Source: Octopus vulgaris
Taxonomy: Eukaryota
NCBI GenBank assembly: GCA_951406725.2
Contig: OX597814.1
Span: forward strand, 154,008,001 to 154,072,000
Direction of reading: 5' to 3'
Length of the DNA: 64,000 nucleotides
Under the pieces are notes generated by a model. It was not told the origin of the DNA. It did no database searches and was given only the letters and a program-made list of their open reading frames with translations. Below, in pieces: positions 43,772 through 59,019 of this stretch (the first letter of the stretch is position 1; each line of letters begins with the position of its first letter). The translations under genes were made by a program, and so were the position numbers.

Positions 43772-46407
43772 TATAGTAACAGGAAAGGAGAGATAATTTG
43801 GTGGCTCATGTAGGTGGAGAGGACAAAGTAAGGGTGAAGAATGAATATCAAGTGAATGGTTCTGAGCAGTGAGAAAGGTTAGCAGCATCAAGGAAAAGCT
43901 GTAGTTAGAGTGGTAGGGGTGTCTGGAGGAAATTGGGTAAGGGGCCCAGTTGTGCATATGTACACACACAGCGCTTCCAATATATAGTTTCACTGATGTG
44001 GAAGGGTCTTCTTGAGAACTGCATAACACCAGTCAGCCTAGTCTCTTGTCATCTCTTCTACGAGGTCCTAAGATTTGAATTCCTTGCTAGAATTTTGAAT
44101 TGAGAATGCATAGAACTGACAGAGATACTACAAGCTTCTTGTCTGTCAGTACACTGTTCTGGATTTGTATTTTATTTCCTGGCTCTGAAAGCATGAATGT
44201 CAATTTTTCATCACTTTCACTAGTCATAATTTGATTAACCATCAACATAACTAAACATTTAATTTGATTCCTGCATAGAAACATTATACTTATCTTCTTC
44301 TCAGTGGTACTACACTTATTTTATTGTTTGAAGAACTCTTTGTATTACTTCATGCCAATATAGACCATTACTGATAATATTCACAGAAATACTATTTCCA
44401 GGGCAGGAAAATTTTTGCGTTAGGGAACAAAGATCTCGAGTCTATTAATGGAACAACTAACTGAAAAAGAAAGGAATCAGTTGAAAATATCAATCCTAGA
44501 CAATCAAAAATAAAATAAGGTTCACTTATGAAAATTAGACAGCAATATAAGAAAGCTGAGATGCAGAAAACATGGAAACTAACCCTAAAGTTTTCTACAG
44601 ATTCACAAAAAAAAAACAGCTTCAGTACCCAGAATGTTGTTTTATAGATTCTCAAAAGCTAAGTGAAATACTCAAGGAACAATTTCATAGTATTTTCCCA
44701 ACTAGATTTGAAGATTCATTTCTCTCTCAAATTTGTTATTGATAGTGGGTGAAATGATAGCAGGAGTATAAGCAACATTTTATGGTATTCTCACGGAAGC
44801 ACAATTGTATCTTTTGGAAATATACATAAAGATATTTGATAATTTCCACAGTTGAACATATTTGAAGATTAATGTGGACATAATAGATTTTCCAGCAGAG
44901 ATGTGTTATACATCGCCACATAGTAATTATCAATGAAATGGTATCCAACTTGTTATTTAACTCTGAAACTGCACTGGTAATGCTTAGGATATCGATTAAA
45001 ATTTTTTTTTTTCAATTTCTCTTGGAAGCTTTAAGGGAATTTATTTTAACATGATCCATTTCTATACAAAGAAATGAGTTCTTGTTGCCCCGAGGTCAAT
45101 GTATCATAAATTTTTTCAAATTCTCGCAGCTTCATATTTTTAATTTCAACTAGAATTTCTACCAAGATTAACCTGTTAAAATCATCTCAGTTTCTTATTT
45201 TATCCTCATCTCAAAAAAATAATAAACAGATGACAATGAGAAAGCCACCTTTCTGAAATTTTATTACATAGATACGCACAACTGGAACTTCAAACAAGTC
45301 TCAGCTTTAAATCATTCACTAACTTGGTATGATGAGTTTTATTTATTCAGGCTATTAAATTTCATTTCTTTATAGATGGAATGCTCACAGCTGGTTAGTT
45401 ATTGATTCTAAACAAGCATTTTGTTTAAATTGGAGAATATTTTCTTAATTTTATTGTTTGGGTAGTAAACTATGAAATTCTTTTACATTCTCTTGATTTT
45501 CTGTAATTCAGACCACCACATGGTCCCAGCAGACAAAATGGAAAGAGCATTGCCCTGGATGATGACAAGTAATCTTTAAATATTATTTACATTTACTAAG
45601 TACTTTGGATTAGAAAGTACATTAATAAAAGGTCGGGTTTGTTATATTTTGATACTATTGCCATAGCACCTTGAAATTGTTGGTATATACCACATGGGTT
45701 ATCAGCAAATGAAAAAGTATTTAAAACTAGTGCTCCCTATTTTCAGTTCTGGTCTTCTCTAGCCAGTAGGTGACTTATCAGCCCATTGAGCTATTCAATT
45801 TGTAGCTAAGATTGGTTGTTTTTATGAGCTGTAGATGGCATCCTTTGCTATTGATTCATGTATATACCAACTAAATATTGTTGGAAACGTTTTCCTGTTC
45901 TGTAAATTTCACTGAAGCCACTTCTTTACACAAAACATTCACTGTAGATCTCTTGTACAGTCACTTTATTTCAGACACAGATCTATCATTCTTCAACATG
46001 CTGTGTATCAGTGTGTCATTGAAGCTCGCCAATTGTAATACATTGTATGAAGATGGCAAGATATGTACAAAAGCTTTATCGATGGCATATTTTGTTGAGA
46101 TTCTCCATTTTCACCAATAAACATGTGGAGATTTCATTACATGTAGGGATTTCATTACATGTAGGAAAATTGTACCACCTGATGTTAGGCACTGAAGGGA
46201 AACAATTTTCTTTAAGTTACATGTTTGTTCTCACAACTTTACTAAATGCTACATGTGGTTTGTGAACAATCAATATTTCTTGCATTGTGTTCATCACATT
46301 AGGTAAACATTCAGAATTTTGTGGTATTTCTGTCTAGTATTATGAAAACTTCATTAGCATCAAAAGTTGTAAAGTTGGCAATATGCTAGCTTATTTTCTT
46401 GGTATAA

Positions 46408-46630
46408 CCCTTTCATTACTGTATTTATTTTAAGATGCTCTGTGCTTCTTTCAATTACTTTAAATATAACAAAGAATTTAGCAAAATAACTTAGTTATCA
46501 TTCAGCTAGTGTTAGGAACATGAATTGTGACTAAGGTTTGGTGGAAGATTTTAATTCAAAACTTATGAAAACAAGACATGTATATTAAAGAGCCAGAGCC
46601 GGTTTCAGCCAGGTTGGTAACAAAAGGGAT
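46408..46630. mobile_element. piggyBac-like MITE (related copies ~22500-22672, ~60600-60825, ~61000-61222)
   Basis: taa-CCCTTT ... AAAGGG-(t/a)taa ends and shared interior. Confidence 0.55.
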
Positions 46631-47208
46631 AAAGTAGAAGTAGAATGGCCTGTTTGTCTCTGATTTCTTAAACAATAAGGTTGCTGTTTTTCAGAAGTAA
46701 TAATTTTTGTACAAAATGAGGCAAAAGAAAATAAATAATTATAATTCAGATATTTTTTCTATTGTTATTAGCTTCCTTATTATTCACTTCAGAGTGTATT
46801 TGCAGTTCATTAGTATAAAGTGCATTTTGATAAAAGATAGAAAAGATATAACATTCCTACGGTTGCATTGGTTGTTTCACATGCTTATTGTATCATACAA
46901 CACAGCTTGTTCACTGACATTTAGATGACTATCACTTTGATAAAGTGCTCTTTAGTAAACTACAACACAGGTGGAAGTCATACTTTGTGGCAACAGCTTT
47001 GAAACTCATTTTTTAAGATGTTGATGATGAAGAATTCAACAACAACTTGTTCATTCTGAGGCCCTCTCATAGAAATACCAAATCAACTCTTACATATTGT
47101 TCATTTTTTTCATATTTCTCAGATCATGCACCTATCTTTTTGTTTGTGATTTCTTGTCACACTCAATACCTTTACTGATGTTCTTCTTTATATTCTTCTC
47201 TCACTGTC

Positions 47209-47244
<36 letters not shown>

Positions 47245-47255
47245 CATATATAAAG

Positions 47256-47458
47256 TTAATCCAAACATGAAAACACAAAGAGAAAACACAACAATGCGAG
47301 GATGTGGAACAAGTATAGTGTTACTGGACGCTCAGGAAAGGAAAGAAAGAAGGAAGAATTAACGTTTCGAGCAGAGCTCTTTGTCAGAAACATAGGAAAA
47401 GGAAAGATCCAAGGGGGGGAAGATGGAGAAAAAAAATTGCCAATGATACACACGCAGT

Positions 47459-47460
<2 letters not shown>
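47256..47460 (-). mobile_element. Penelope pLTR-like fragment with degenerate hammerhead (47359-47390), flanked by (TA)n
   Basis: Minus ttt-CTGACAA-A-GAGC(tct)GCTC-GAAAC-GTT. Confidence 0.6.
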
Positions 47461-47551
<91 letters not shown>

Positions 47552-47737
47552 ATTAATGAAACAAAAGATGGATTTAGTATTAGTCTGTATGATGATCATT
47601 TCTACCCATTCTGCAACTGTTCTATATGTGTGGGATGATGTGCATCATATCGTGTTGCATAAATTTTGCAGTCTGGGTCATGTCAGGTACTTGCATACAT
47701 AAAGTGGTGTCCTGCTGAAAATACTGAGTTTAGATGG

Positions 47738-47777
<40 letters not shown>

Positions 47778-48307
47778 TGACTGTCCATTTGTGACCGAGG
47801 AAGACCATCACTGACCATTGCCCATGCAAAATACCAGCAATGCCAGGGTATGAAGTTATTGCACTAGCAGTTGGTTTCGTCTGGGTTTGTGTCCATGACT
47901 TCCGTGCTCACTGCGTAGCCTGCCTACTCAACTGGTCATTGACGATGATTGCACAACCTAAAATTTTAGGTCCAATAAGGCTTGCATAACACCTCACAAA
48001 CCTACTCTATGCTACTGACATGATCCAGAGATAAACCAGGGCAAGATATCCGATGTCAATATGGGTTGCAAGCTCAGGAATGTGGGAGCACCATCACCTC
48101 AAGTGCAAGCAAAAGATCCTCAAAATGTTCATTGCCATTCCTTGCATATATCATATTCATCATCATCATTATCATTTAATGTCTGTCTTCCATGCTGGCA
48201 TGGGTTGGATGGTTTGACAGAAGTTTGCAAGCCAGGGGGACTGCATCGAGTACCACTGTCTCTTTTGGCATGGTTTTTACAGTTGGATGCCAACATTATA
48301 TATATTA

Positions 48308-48430
<123 letters not shown>

Positions 48431-48469
48431 TTATTACATATATGTGTGTATGTGTGTGTAGTTCAAATT

Positions 48470-48640
48470 TACAGGAAACAAAAGACAAAGACAGGTGAGT
48501 GAATAACAAGGTGGTGTATTAGTGTGACACTTGGGAAGAATGGAAAAGTCTTTGATGTTTCGAGCCTATGCTCTTCGACAGAAAGGGATGAGAGGGGGAA
48601 AAAATGGAGAGAAAAAAAAACAGAGAGAGAAAGAAATGTG
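48470..48640 (-). mobile_element. Penelope pLTR-like segment with degenerate hammerhead (48550-48585)
   Basis: Minus CTTT-CTGTCGA-A-GAGC(atag)GCTC-GAAAC-ATC-AAAG; similar to the 47256 copy. Confidence 0.6.
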
Positions 48641-49236
48641 TAAGGATTAATGGCTTAACATAATGAAATAACTGGAAGAAAGAGGCAGAGTGAAGAGAAG
48701 ATAATAATGGTGACTTGGTTGAACTGGTGTATGTATGTAAGAATGTGTGTGAGTGTGTATGTGTGAATTGGGGCAAACGTGTGTGAATGTATTTGTGAGT
48801 GAGCTTAAAATTATGTGAACTTGTGTGTTTGTTATGGGAGCATGTGTGCTTATGTGTATAAATAAACCAGTGCATGTATTGTCTGGTGTGATGTATATTC
48901 CATGTATATGTATGTGTGTGTGTTTATGTGTGTTAGGCTATGTATAGTACATGTGTTTGAGTGTGTGCGTGTATGTGTGCAAATGGCAAAAACTTGTGTG
49001 TAAAAGGTAATGAATACACAGACATGACAGAAGTAAATAGACACCTCTTAAAACATCGTTTTATGTGTATTTTAACTTGAAATGGTTTATATTTTGTATT
49101 ATTTTACATTTTTATATTTCAGTGGCTGAGTGTGGGTCTGGAGACTCTGTGATCAAGAACTTGGTTTTAAATGAAGAAAGGTGATGAATTAAAACCATAA
49201 CAAGCAAAAGAATGAAGAGAGAAAATCAATTCTTGA

Positions 49237-50160
49237 TTATGACAGAGGCAGGAGTCCAGGTGGTCTCTCTGCAATGACAGTCTCAATACAGATAAATGTT
49301 GTAGCAAATGACCAGTTGAGCGGAAGTGGTGTGATGAGCAGAAGTGGTCTGATGTCTCGGAGATGTTCAGTGAACTGGTTAGTTAAGTAGCATCCTGTTT
49401 GGCCAATGTACAGGGAAGAGAGAGCTGGAGCTACAGTAGATGACATTGCTGGAGGTGCAGGTAAATGAGTTGGTAATGTGGTAGAGGCGGTGGTGGGTGC
49501 TGTGAGGATAGAGGTGTTGGAGAGGTTGGAGAAAGGGGCGACTGCATGGGCAAGAGCAAGTGAAGGAGCCAGGTTGGATGCCAGGTATGGGAAAGAAACT
49601 ACGGACCAGAGGGTTATGCAGATTATAGGTGTATTGGAAGGAGGGAAGGGATGGTTTATGGAAGATATGGGAGGTGGAAGGGTTGGACTGAAGTCAATGG
49701 AATGCTTGGAGAGTGGAGTACAATGGAAGTGTGGTAGGTGAGAGGAAAAGGGAAGCAAGTAAGGGTGGGGTAGATGTGTAAAAGAAAGCAGAGGCACAAT
49801 CAATGGATTATGCACAGGTGAGGGCAGTTTGGATAATGGTGAGGGTATATCCAAATAGGGTGAAGTAGTGAGCCATGAGCTGAGACTGGGTCTCAAGGTC
49901 ATGGTCATCACTGTAGAGCCTACATAGAAAAAAGGAATTGGGAGTCAGGGATGGAGATTTTGGTGAAGGTAGGGTGGGAGGAGGAGGAGGAGGAGTTGAG
50001 ATATGGGTGTGAGTCTGTGTATTTGTAGTGGATGGAGGTTAACAGATATGTTGAGAAATTCAATGGAGGAGTTGGAGACAGTGCAGAGTTCGAGGGCAGG
50101 ATGGAAGTACTGGACAAAGAGGAAAAAGGAGTTAAGATGTTCATGAGAGAGTGACCCACA
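49237..50160 (-). mobile_element. Penelope-like element remnant (RT thumb plus GIY-YIG endonuclease)
   Basis: FLNISV, HYKYTDSHPYLNSSSS..HP and LYIGQTGCYLTNQFTEHLRDIR motifs in disrupted frames. Confidence 0.82.
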
Positions 50161-50799
50161 TATTATAGAATCTATCATAGATTATATAACAAAGCAATAA
50201 TTTACATGCATTTAAATATCTTACTGTTGTCCTATTTTAGTCCATAAAATACTTGACATATAATAGAGACATTTTCCAGTCTATTTCACTGCACACACAA
50301 AAAAAAATGTTTCCTTAGCTATATTATTCATCTAAAAGCAAGTTGAAAATCATGTGATTGAGGTAAATATGATACCAATAGTGTACTACTAGATCAATTC
50401 ATTGAGCCACACCATGAAAATAAAACTATTTCAGTCAAACTGTTTCTCACATTTTGGAATTTGATAGCATTTGTACAGACACATGATCTAACTGAATAGC
50501 TAACAAGACATCTAATATGCATGATAAAGTTAATAAAAAAAAATAATTCTGTTATGGATATAGTTTGAGAATTCATATTTTTTTGAGCCTAAATTCCTTG
50601 CTCTCGAGGAAATTTGAACATTATATCAATATTGTAACTGCGAATGCAATTCGTAAACTTATGATCTTATCAAATTAAAATATTCAAAGGAAAACTCAAT
50701 TACTTAAGCAATAGTAGAAGCAGTTGTGAACTGGTACATGGAAAAATCTGGTAATTATAACTTATTTACCTATAAAAACACAAGCTTACAGATAAATCA

Positions 50800-51700
50800 G
50801 TTATTGTTCCATAATAAGATTGAATCACAATTCCTTTTGTGCTAGGAACAAAATTACTAGAAATTGGCCTTAACTATTATGTTAAAATCATAAAACAAAG
50901 GAGCTCCTAAAAAATAAATTATGGTGGTCTAACATTCAGAAAGCTATAGAAAAAAAGAATAAGAATGGCTTGACATGTGTGTGTGTCACTTGAACTGCTT
51001 GATCTACTGGAATACTTAATAATGCATACAATGCCAAATATTTAGGAGGAACTACATGTAGATTTCAAGGGGCAATAACCCAGGGAAGAATGACAGTTGT
51101 GGATGCAACATAATATTGGTCACAGACAAGGCGACGAGCTGGCAGAAACGTTAGCACACCGGGCGAAATGCATAGCCATATTTGATCTGCCGTTACGTTC
51201 TGAGTTCAAATTCCGCCAAGGTCAACTTTGCTTTTCATCCTTTCAGGGTCGATAAATTAAGTGCCACCAGTTAGCACTGGAGTCGATATAATCAACTTAA
51301 TCAGTTTGTCTGTCCTTGTTTGTCCCCTCTATGTTTAGCCCCTTGTGGGTAAAAGAAAAAAAAAAATATTAGTCACAGATATTTAAAAATCTGATCAGAT
51401 GCATAGAACTCCTTTTTACATCTTGAAGAATTTGTCAAAGAATTGTTTCTGATAATGACCAGCAGTTTAAGCCACAAGTTTGGAACACTGGAGAGTGCAA
51501 CATTAAAAGGTTATACATGACTATCTGCGATCAAATATTCCAGTAGAAAGATCTAACTCCACTATTTTCAAAACTCAAGTCTTCAATTGAAGATAGTAAA
51601 CTGTAGAAGAGAGAAATTTGAAAGTTTTTATTCCTTTACAGAAACACTCCTCATTCATCAACAAAGCACCATCTGTTCTGCTCTTAAATTACTTCTCATT
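50800..51700 (+). mobile_element. Gypsy/Ty3 integrase remnant
   Basis: Fragments ELHVDFKG, VVDA, RIVSDNDQQF, SNIPVERSN and FLFLYRNTPHSST in integrase order; interrupted by a SINE. Confidence 0.7.
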
Positions 51701-52449
51701 ATATAAACTTCTTACAAGTGACAATAAAGAGAGTGCAGTTATTAATGATAAGCGTTACAAATGCACTTATTCAGGAAATTAATGTATAATGAGTGCAGTT
51801 ATTAATGAAAACCTAACGTGAAAAACTATTCTGATTCAAAAACCTAGTACTCAGATACAGAAGTAGGTGACCATATCATCTTGAAAAAAAATCAACAATC
51901 AGGAAATACTAATCAAAATATAATTTGACTCAGTTTATTGCTAACATGAAAGGGGGAAGATTGATTGAGAGAACATTTCTATATAGAGAATAGTCATGCA
52001 AGAAGTCCAAATAATAGGGATCAAAAGTTTATATGAGAATTTAGTTTACTGGATGAATCAACTGACTAAAGTATCAATGAGAATGATTTGGTGTTGCAAA
52101 CAGGGAACATGACCCCGAATCCCTTGAAACTACAACATAATCCCCATATGTCTCCAAGAAAAACAAGGATATACCAATAATCAGATTCAGTTCTTAATTT
52201 GAATGCAATAAAAAGAAAAAGATGGAGAAGATATAATATTTACACGGTAGTATTGTATGTGTCACATGTTTACCATATCATGAGACACAACTTGCTAGTC
52301 AGGTGACTATTGCTGTTTAAGATGACTGCCACTTTGATAAAGTTTGGTTGTTGGTTTGAAGAAAGCTTCCAGAACTGTAACTTTGTTTTAGATAAATATT
52401 TTATATTATTGTGCTTTTGAGATTTCAAATAGTCTTCAATAACCAACCT

Positions 52450-53330
52450 ACTTTCATGTACCGCAGAGAACTCTGCAATCACATTTTATGCTCTCCACAA
52501 AACTCTTTTAGAAAAGTTCTTCAGTTCTTTCTTGAGACTGATAAAACAATTCTTTGAAAATAATTTTGGAGAAGTGTATTTATGATTTGAAGTAGTGTAC
52601 TATGATTTGCAGCCTTTCCAACAAGTTCATTCTAGCCATGGAGAAGGATGATTCCAAAGTATCAGATATTAAACTAGAGATACAAATTATTACAAGTGTA
52701 GAATAATGAAAAACTGAATTTCTACCTCAAAATGCAAAATGCCTTGACTAGAAAAATTCAAAGAAAATGGTGTAAATATTGAAAAAGTGGAGACAGAATT
52801 TAAAAGTTTTTAAGAAAGATGTCTAATGTACCTGAACCTATGGAAAAAGAACTTAGAACTTTAAACAGACTTTGTGTGGGTAAATTCTAGAGATTCCTTA
52901 GTGCAATATTGAGCAGTCTGTAGTCAAGGTCAACCACAGAACTAGAAAGCAATCAATAAAAACTGATAAATTCTTTGACAAGATCACTATAGCAAAGAGT
53001 TATTGAGTTTCTACTGTAGAAGTTCAGGCAAATCAAAATTTTAATTGTGAAGGAAAGGGGTATTTATTTTTAGCTTGTTTCAAAGTAAAACACAGTAAAA
53101 AAATCTTAGTTCTGTAGTAGAATGCATTCTTTGTCTTGCTGGTATTTCTGTATCAGTTGAGTAAGTGTTTTCTATAATAAATAATGTCTGGTTAGAAGAG
53201 GGGCAACATGGCAGAAGCTACAGTTTAGTGTCTTCTGACAACTCAAATAAATATTCCAAAAACCTGCTTAGAAGTTTTTAACATAACAAAAATTATACCA
53301 ATGCGTATCTTCGAAAAGTAGTTTCAAGTG
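52450..53330 (+). mobile_element. Old hAT transposase C-terminal remnant
   Basis: SVVECILCLAGISVSVE*VFSIINNVW resembles the hATC dimerisation motif. Confidence 0.5.
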
Positions 53331-56300
53331 AAAAATGTGAAAGTACTGGTGATTGAATAAATCATTACTTGACAATAAAAACATGTGTCTCGTTTAATTT
53401 ATTTTTAAATGTCACTGTTCTGCTTACCAATATTTTATATGCTTGAACTTTCAAATAAAGAATAACTGCTTTGTACATTTTCAGTTTCTGTTCCTTGTTT
53501 CTCTCTATTGCATAACCTGACTCACTGACTTCTAATTGATAAAGATAAATCATATATCTTACCAGCTCACATTATCACTTCAGCACTTCAGCACTTGCCA
53601 GGAGCTGTCTTCGTATAGGATGAAAACACGCAAATCATATTGATGTATTTGCAGTTAAAATCTTCTTATCGTCTGGCTAATGGAGAGATGCTAATTTTCT
53701 CTTAATACCCAAGCCACATACTGCAGCCCTTCAGACCTTGAATGATGTTTCCATGGTTCCAAGTTTCAAATCTGAAAATAATGATACATGCATGCATGCA
53801 TACATACATACATACATACATACATACATACACACACTCACACATATGCATACATACACAAACACACAAATACATACATGCATACACACATACATATATA
53901 CACACATACATTAGATCATGGCATCATCAATATCAGACATGCAAGCATAGAGGACCGTTTATGAATGTTTCCTTTTTCAAAAATGCCAACTCCTTCAGCC
54001 TAAATCAGTAACTTGTTTATTTCTTCTGTTATGAATGAATGAAAAATTTTTTACTTACCAATGTAGCATTATTCAAACCAGATTACAAAATATATCTTAT
54101 ACTGCATAGAACCTTACTAATATGACCATGACTGATATAGATAACAATAACAACAACACCAACACCAATACCAACTGTAGTAACACTAGGACACCTGTTA
54201 AGATGACATAAGTACTCTTCCTATTTCTATTGGTATTTATATGTAAATCAAGATCTACTTTGATGCTCTGAAAAAGCCTGGGATGACCCTTATATTTTCT
54301 ATATGAAGTGGCTAAAAAGTACTGGGGTGGAACTTGCCCAAACTTAAACTATTTAAAGTAAAACAGCTTCAGCAATATGTATTTTTCTTTGCCATAAAAA
54401 AAAATGGTTATCACATATGGCAATTGCTATTCTAACTCTTGTGATCCTCTCAAAATACTGAGAACCAACTGAAGTCTGCCATAAGAGAGGTGAACCATTG
54501 CTACCATCTCTAAATTTTCATATATCTCCACATGTAACTGATTCAACAGAAATGACTGTGGAATATATTTAATTTAAGAACATTTTGAAACCTCAGTTCA
54601 TAAAAATCTTTTCTAGTTTTTGTAAGCTGTCATTGAGTGATAAACTATTCTTTAAGAGATTAAAGAAAAAGCTAACTGCTCTCATTCTAAAAGTTATCAG
54701 TTATGTGGCTGGAGAGCACATGGAATCATGCGATGTTAATCACTGGACAATTAATACCTTCCTATAAAGGGTAAAGACTCCCTTTGGTCATGAGTGACCA
54801 TGGGATTACACCTACAAAGTTCCCCTCCAAGGCACAAGTCCAGGCATATCAACCTCTCCTCTCCACACCACTGATGTTATCCAAGAGAAAGGAAAAAGTT
54901 GATACAGTTTGTGAAATAAACTGTCTTGCTCAAGAGCACAACTCACAGCCTGGTCTGGGAATTGAACTCACTACTCCATGATTGAGATCCTGATGCTCTA
55001 ACCACTGAGCCATGTGTCTTCATATACACAGCTGCTATTACTGTTAAACATCTCAGGGCAACCTGCAATGCATCAACAATATGTGCTGTAGAATTGGATG
55101 ATTAATCAAGATAATAAAATCTAAGGGAAATAATGAGTCCATGCCCCATCAATTACATATGTCAAAAATAAAACTCTATAATGACTCTTCATATCAAGCT
55201 CTTGAGGGATGTTTCACCACTCACAAGCTCTTTTTCTTTTATCTTCAAAATACTAGTAAAACTCTTCTGCCAGATGACACAATTCATGGAAGAGGGACAC
55301 CCAGGGAGACATGGGACAAAGCATTGAAGGCTGATCTCAAAACACAGAGATGACAGAGGACCAAGATACATGGTGCATTGTTGCACTCAAGAAAACTGAC
55401 CCACCACAACAGAATTGAGATCTTAAAACCAAGGTGCCACATAAAAAGCATTGGTGTGTGTGCTGGTGCCAAGTAAAAAGCATCCAGTACATTATGTAAA
55501 GTGGTTGCCGTTAGGAAGAGCATTCAGCCGCAGAAAACAAACCAAAACAGACTATGGAAACTGGTGCAGCCCCTGGCCTTGCTAGTTCTTGTCAAACCAT
55601 TTAACCCATGCCAGTATGGAAAACGTATGCTAAATGTTGATGATGATGATGATTATTCTAGTACTTGACTGTTACTTATTTTGTCAACCTGAGAAAGGGT
55701 GAAAAGCAAAGCTGACCACAAGATTTGAATGCAGAACGTATGGAAATGTAACAAAACAATGCAATTTTTGTCTAAAGGTGTAAGGTTTATACCAATCCAT
55801 CACACTAAAGATTGTTTAATATGAATGAAATAATTCTTTTTTCTTTTTTTTTTGGAATGTTGGATCTCAAAATAGATAAAGCTATAAATAATAGTGTGTA
55901 AATATTGAGTCAAAATATCCTTTGGACTGAAAAAGTCATATCATGAAAATTTTTTGAAAACAATTATTCAAAAAACAGTTATTTGAAATAAATATCATTT
56001 GTGTACTCAATTTTTAAATTTTATCATTTTTGTTTAAATAAAATAAGAAATTTAGAATAATTAACATTTCATATAAATGTCCTTTTGAATAATTTTCATT
56101 CATACAATTTTCCATTCGAATAAATGTTTTTCGAACAATTGTTTCCAAATAATTGTTTACGAATGATTATTTTCGAACAATGTTCACATAATTGAAAAAG
56201 TCAAAGGCTCTCACAGCAAACCAGGAATTATTTCGCATTCTCTCAAAGTTTATAAATTCTTATAGACAAAGGTGTACTAAATTTGCAGCATATAACACAA

Positions 56301-56619
56301 TGCAACTTATGAGAGATGCAAAATCAAATTTAAATAGGTTTCTTTAAGTCCAGACATTTGCATTGTAACAACACAGCTCACTGACTCCACTTCATTGATG
56401 TTTTCAATAATATATATGATCAGATGATATGCCTTAACACTATTTCCATCCAATCAGTGGCTGCCATTCTTTTTACACCTTTTTGACAGTTTTTGGACAA
56501 AAACTTCAAAAGATTATTTAACTTGAAAAAAAAAAAAATCAGCTCAACCAACACATCCAATTTTACTAATTAAACGACCCTGTTACATAGATATAGCAGA
56601 AGACTTGTAAGAAAAATTA

Positions 56620-57012
56620 CCATGGCTGTGTGGTAAGCAGCTTGCTTACCAACCACATGGTTCCGAGTTCAGTCCCACCTTTGGCACCTTTGGCAAGTGT
56701 TTTCTACTATAGCCTCGGGCTGACCAAAGCCGTGTGAGTGTATTTGGTAGATGAAAACTGAAAGAAGCCTGTTGTATATATGTATGCATATATATATGTG
56801 TGTGCATATGTTTATGTGTCTATGTTTGTCCCCCCCAACATTGCTTGACAACCGATGTTGGTGTGTTTACGTCCCCGTAAGCTAGTCGTTCAGCAAAAGA
56901 GACCAATAGAACAGGTACTAGGTTTCCAAAGAATAAGTCCTGGGGTCGATTTACTTGACTAAAGGCGGTGCTCCAGCATGGCCACAGTCAATTGACTGAA
57001 ACAAGTAAAAGT
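56620..57012 (+). mobile_element. Dominant SINE copy (another at ~57340-57790)
   Basis: Head and tail consensus match. Confidence 0.85.
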
Positions 57013-58337
57013 AAAAGTATATTTTAATGTGTATAAGGAACTCTTGTCAAAAATTAGGTTTAAAAAATAGGGGAGTTTCTTATACTTGGATAGTATTACA
57101 ATCCCATAAAAAACCTTTTTTCCAAATTTTAAGCCTTCCACCAAAATTAGGGTTTCCTTATACATGAGGGTTCCTTATGTTAAAATATGGTACTTAAATG
57201 TGTGAGTGGCTTCACTTTCGACATGTTTTTTTTGTTTCAGCAAGCTTGAGTTGATCCATCACTTTCTCTATAATCATAAAATAAACAGTTACTGTCCATT
57301 TGAACAGAACTGGAAATTTGCCTAACAAATCCACATCACCCTGTGGTAAGAAGCTTGCTTCCCAACCACAAGGTTCTTGGTTCAGTCCCACTGTGTGGCA
57401 CCTTGGTAAAGTGTCTTCTATTATAGCTCCAGGTGAACCAAAGACTTGCAAGAGGATTTGGTAGAAGGAAACTGAAAGAAACCTATCATGTGTGAGTGCA
57501 TGTGTGCATATATAAGTGTGTATGTGTGTGTGTGTGTGTGTCTGCATGTGTGTGTATGTGTGTGTGTGGTGTGTGTTCACTGTGTTTGTGTTTGTCCCCT
57601 ACCACCACTTGGCAAATGGTGTTGATTTGTTTATATCCCCATAACTTAGCGATCCAGCAAAAAGAGAACAATAGAATAAATATCCAGTTTAAAAAAAATA
57701 TAAGTACCAGGTGGATTTGTTCAACTAACTCCATTCTGGATGGTGACCTAGCATGGCCAAAGTCCAAAGACTGAAAGAAGTAAAAGATACAAGATAACTG
57801 ATATATGCACACACACAGACACACATGCACTAACACACAGACACACACACACACACACACTAACACACACACACATGCACACATACACATGTGAATACTC
57901 TTTCACAAGGACAAGGATCTACTATAATAATACTCTTGTGTTTTTCTCCATCACAACATATGAACCAGAAAGGAAGGGGTGATGACAAACTGATAGTGGG
58001 AGTGTTTCAATTCTGTGTGAATATATGTGTGTATGTTTGTGCGTGTACAAAGGAAGTATGTGAACGTTTGTATGTGTGAACCAGCGTTCTTTCAGTAACA
58101 AACTATGATCAATATCACATCTCAAAATACAACTAATTTGATTTACCATCCATATTTATATATAAAATACTACAATTAGCCATCACTTTTGATGGCACAG
58201 GGCCAGCTAGTAAGATATGTATTCTTTTCATAGACAATGTCTCATGCAGACTTTAATTGTTTAATTTTATCATCTGAAATATATTCCATTTCATGTTAAT
58301 TTCTTCACAAACATTTTTGTGTGAAAATATAAACTAT

Positions 58338-58988
58338 AGGTGCAGGAGTGGCTGTGTGGTAAGTAGCTTGCTTACCAACCACATGGTTCGTGGTTCAGTT
58401 TCACTGCGTGGCACCTTGGGCAAGTGTCTTCTACTATAGCTTTGGGCTGACCAAAGCCTTGTGAGTGGATTTGGTAGACGGAAACAGAAAGAAGCCCATC
58501 ATATATGTATATAGCACCATCCGTTCGTGGCCGTTTGCCAGCCCTGTCTGGCCCCCGTGTCGGTGGCATGTAAAAGCACCATCCGTTCGTGTCCATTGCC
58601 AGCCTCGCCTGGCCCCCGTGCCGGTGACACGTAAAAGCACCATCCATTTCGTGGCCGTTTGCCAGCTCTGTCTGGCCCCCGTGTTGGTGGCACGTAAAAG
58701 CACCATCCGTTCGTGTCCGTTGCCAGCCTCGCCTGGCCCCGTGCCGGTGACACGTAAAAGCACCATCCGTTCGTGGCCGTTTGCCAGCTCTGTCTGGCAC
58801 CTGTGCGGGTGGCACGCAAAAAGCACCCACTACACTCACGGAGTGGTTGGCGTTAGGAAGGGCATCCAGCTGTAGAAACACTGCCAGATCTGACTGGGCC
58901 TGATGAAGCCTTCCAGCTTCACAGACCCCAGTTGAACTGTCCAACCCATGCTAGCATGGAGAACGGACGCTAAATGATGATGATGATG

Positions 58989-59019
<31 letters not shown>

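Noticed and set aside
58513-58828. CRISPR-like repeat/spacer appearance and ORFs 58372-58944
   Set aside because: The 'spacers' are near-identical to each other, there are no cas genes and the context is eukaryotic; it is a tandem repeat in a retroelement tail.
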